A stretch of 56,948 nucleotides of DNA, from NCBI GenBank assembly GCA_051646185.1, contig JBOFCS010000055.1:1-56948 (forward strand). Reading direction: 5' to 3'. This document shows, one piece after another, positions 54,800 through 56,948 of this stretch. This DNA is from Mycobacteriaceae bacterium. Its GTDB lineage: Bacteria > Actinomycetota > Actinomycetes > Mycobacteriales > Mycobacteriaceae. A program made the position numbers and the translations under genes. The notes under the pieces were generated by a model. That model was given only the letters and a program-made list of their open reading frames with translations, had not been told where the DNA came from and did not search any database. Every line of letters starts with the position of its first letter. Positions within the stretch are counted from its first letter, which is position 1.

Positions 54800-55468
54800 C
54801 TAGTCAAGCACTAATCGACTCGCCTCGCTGACAATAAGTTGTGCCTCTGCTGGCGGCATCCCCAGCAACACCATCCCAGAAATAGCTAGAGTCTCTCCTC
54901 GGTCAACCACATCACCTGCAACGGCTACCTCCAGTAATGACATGGCAATTGCTTCGTTCATCAGGATCAGAATTTCCGCTGAAACATAATCAGAGAATTT
55001 TCCCTCGCGCTGGCCTTCTTCGATCATCTGCTGGCATACCATCCGCACTGGTGAAAGCAACTCACGAATCCGACCCTCACCAATTTCACGTTTGGCCATA
55101 CTCAGCAAAACTCTGAACGGATCTCCGGCTTGCCAAATACGTAAGGACAATATCGCCAGTTTTAACGCAATGTCTTTGTTTCCGGTTTCTGCAGGAGCTG
55201 AACTACTCACCACCGCATCTATCGCGGCTGCAGCTTCGGAAGCTAGACCTTCAATCAAAGCTTCCCGGTTCGCGAAGTGTGCATAAACGGTACGTCGAAC
55301 CACTCCTGCGGCCTTAGCGATATCATCCATACTCGCATCAGGATTTGCTGCATAAACGGTGATTGCCGCTTCAAGAATTTTTTTTCGGTTAGCATTCGAA
55401 CCACTTTTACGGGGCCTAAAACTAACCTCACGCGCGATGTCAACCAGTGGTTTTAATGTTTTAGCCAC
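54800..55468 (-). CDS. TetR-family transcriptional regulator
   Basis: HTH MDDIAKAAGVVRRTVYAHFANRE. Divergent from an MFS efflux gene. Confidence 0.8.
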   Translation of the reverse strand: MAKTLKPLVDIAREVSFRPRKSGSNANRKKILEAAITVYAANPDASMDDIAKAAGVVRRTVYAHFANREALIEGLASEAAAAIDAVVSSSAPAETGNKDIALKLAILSLRIWQAGDPFRVLLSMAKREIGEGRIRELLSPVRMVCQQMIEEGQREGKFSDYVSAEILILMNEAIAMSLLEVAVAGDVVDRGETLAISGMVLLGMPPAEAQLIVSEASRLVLD

Positions 55469-55589
55469 ATTCTTACCTCACATCTTCCTTGCTTCCTCAG
55501 TTCATCTTACTTGCACGCTGCTGTGTAAATAACTACTCTGCACAAAGATGTGTAATTGAACCGAACAACCGCATAACAAAGGGTGATCC

Positions 55590-56948
55590 ATGACTCTGCT
55601 AGCTGACATTCCCGTAGTAGAAATGCACCGACCATACTCACGACGCTGGTACGCACTTGCCGTGTTATGCCTAAGTCTGCTGATTGTGGTTATGGCTAAC
55701 AGCGCACTACTTGTTGCAGCACCGGACATGACCATGGACCTTCATCTCAGCAGTAGTGATCTGCAATGGGTTATTGATGGCTACACCGTTCCCTATGCCG
55801 CCCTCATGCTGCTTTGTGGCGTCCTTGGCGATAAATACAGTCGCCGTGGTTCCTTAATCATTGGGCTTATCATCTTTGCCGCAGGCGCTGTCCTTGGAAG
55901 CTTGGCGGCGGCAACAGAAACTGTCATTGCCGCCCGTATCGTGATGGGCGTGGGGGCAGCAATCATCATGCCCGCCACACTGTCTTTGCTAGTTGCAACC
56001 TTCCCTAAAGCCGAACAAGCCCGCGCGATCGCAATCTGGGCTGCTACTTCAGGCCTAGCTATAGCTGGCGGTCCGCTTTTGGCTGGTATCCTTTTAGAAA
56101 GTCACTCCTGGAGCTCCACGTTTCTGATTAACGTTCCAATAGCGGTAGTCGCATTAATTGGTTCACTCATCTTGGTGCCTCCATCTAAAGCTCAAGATAT
56201 GGGTCCGTTAGACGTAGTCGGTGGGGTTCTTTCAGTAATTACCATCGGCACAATGGTTTACGGAATAATTGATGGTTTTCATTCCGGGTGGAATAACACT
56301 GCCATCACGACAATCTTCATCTCAGTATTGAGTTTAGTATTCTTTATCGGCTGGGAGCTTCATCATGCCCAGCCATTACTTGAGGTGCGCCGCTTTCTTG
56401 ACCGTAGTATTAGCGGAGCAATATTGTCAGTCACCCTACTATTTTTTGCTGCATTTGGCGTAGTTTACTTTGTAGCCCAAGAGTTTCAGTTTGTACTAGG
56501 CTATGGACCCCTTGATACTGGCATGCGATTACTACCACTTGCTGGAGCAATTTCGGTAGCCTCACTGCTCACCGGTAAAGCTACGGAAATAATGGGAACA
56601 AGAGCATGCATATCAACCGGAATGATCATCGCCACTGCAGGAGTACTCTGGCTGACTCAAGTAACCAGTGATTCACGCTATGAAGACTTTCTTATTTCCT
56701 TACTGCTATTAGGTTTTGGACTTGGACTCAGCGTACCTCCAGGAACCGATCTCATTATGAGCAGATTCGGAGATAAAGATCTTGGCGCTGCAGGTGGAAT
56801 GAACGACACCGCAATTGAATTAGGCGGCTCATTAAGTATTGCAATTCTTGGTTCCATTTTAGCCACGAAATACCGAGACCACATTAATAATGTTATACAA
56901 ACCTTTCCACTACCCAAGCTCAAGGAATCTCAGGCCGAACAAGCCAAT
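55590..56948 (+). CDS. MFS transporter, DHA2 (EmrB/QacA-like) drug-efflux type, partial (runs off window)
   Basis: Not in the ORF track (no stop in the window). Hand translation from ATG 55590: MTLLADIPVVEMHRPYSRRWYALAVLCLSLLIVVMANSALLVAAPDM...GVLGDKYSRRGSLIIGL...IVMGVGAAIIMPATLSLL. I spot-checked parts of the 453 codons to the window edge and found no stop; the absence of any competing plus-strand ORF in the track supports an open frame. Confidence 0.75.
   Translation, partial: MTLLADIPVVEMHRPYSRRWYALAVLCLSLLIVVMANSALLVAAPDMTMDLHLSSSDLQWVIDGYTVPYAALMLLCGVLGDKYSRRGSLIIGLIIFAAGAVLGSLAAATETVIAARIVMGVGAAIIMPATLSLLVATFPKAEQARAIAIWAATSGLAIAGGPLLAGILLESHSWSSTFLINVPIAVVALIGSLILVPPSKAQDMGPLDVVGGVLSVITIGTMVYGIIDGFHSGWNNTAITTIFISVLSLVFFIGWELHHAQPLLEVRRFLDRSISGAILSVTLLFFAAFGVVYFVAQEFQFVLGYGPLDTGMRLLPLAGAISVASLLTGKATEIMGTRACISTGMIIATAGVLWLTQVTSDSRYEDFLISLLLLGFGLGLSVPPGTDLIMSRFGDKDLGAAGGMNDTAIELGGSLSIAILGSILATKYRDHINNVIQTFPLPKLKESQAEQAN

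Overview
The window looks like chromosomal DNA from a mycolate-type actinobacterium (Corynebacteriales-like). This is inferred from the trmB / NYN (Rv0207c-like) / MmpL3-like synteny, a cutinase, an L,D-transpeptidase, WXG100 proteins and several TetR-controlled modules. Most of it is ordinary core or accessory content: transporters, a two-component system, redox enzymes, ahcY and pepO. All product names come from motif recognition by eye; no database search was run.

The exception is a complete minus-strand type III-B (Cmr) CRISPR-Cas island at about 24.6-37.9 kb. In transcription order it contains:
- cas6, an RT-cas1 fusion and cas2
- leader plus CRISPR array 2 (12 repeats)
- an HD-less but GGDD-positive cas10/cmr2, then cmr3, cmr4, cmr5 and cmr6
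- a stand-alone CARF gene
- a gene for a 456-aa protein with an unrecognised ~238-aa cytoplasmic domain and 6 TM helices
- cmr1
- a near-identical second leader plus CRISPR array 1 (7 repeats)

All eight effector-operon genes are chained by stop/start overlaps. The CARF + membrane-protein pair is embedded between structural Cmr subunits and is the only visible cyclic-oligoadenylate output of the locus. I consider it the best candidate for an undescribed type III signalling-to-membrane effector.

I recognised no rRNA or tRNA genes, transposases or integrases. Two genes missing from the ORF track because they run off the window edges were recovered by hand: 1..837 (minus strand) and 55590..56948 (plus strand).
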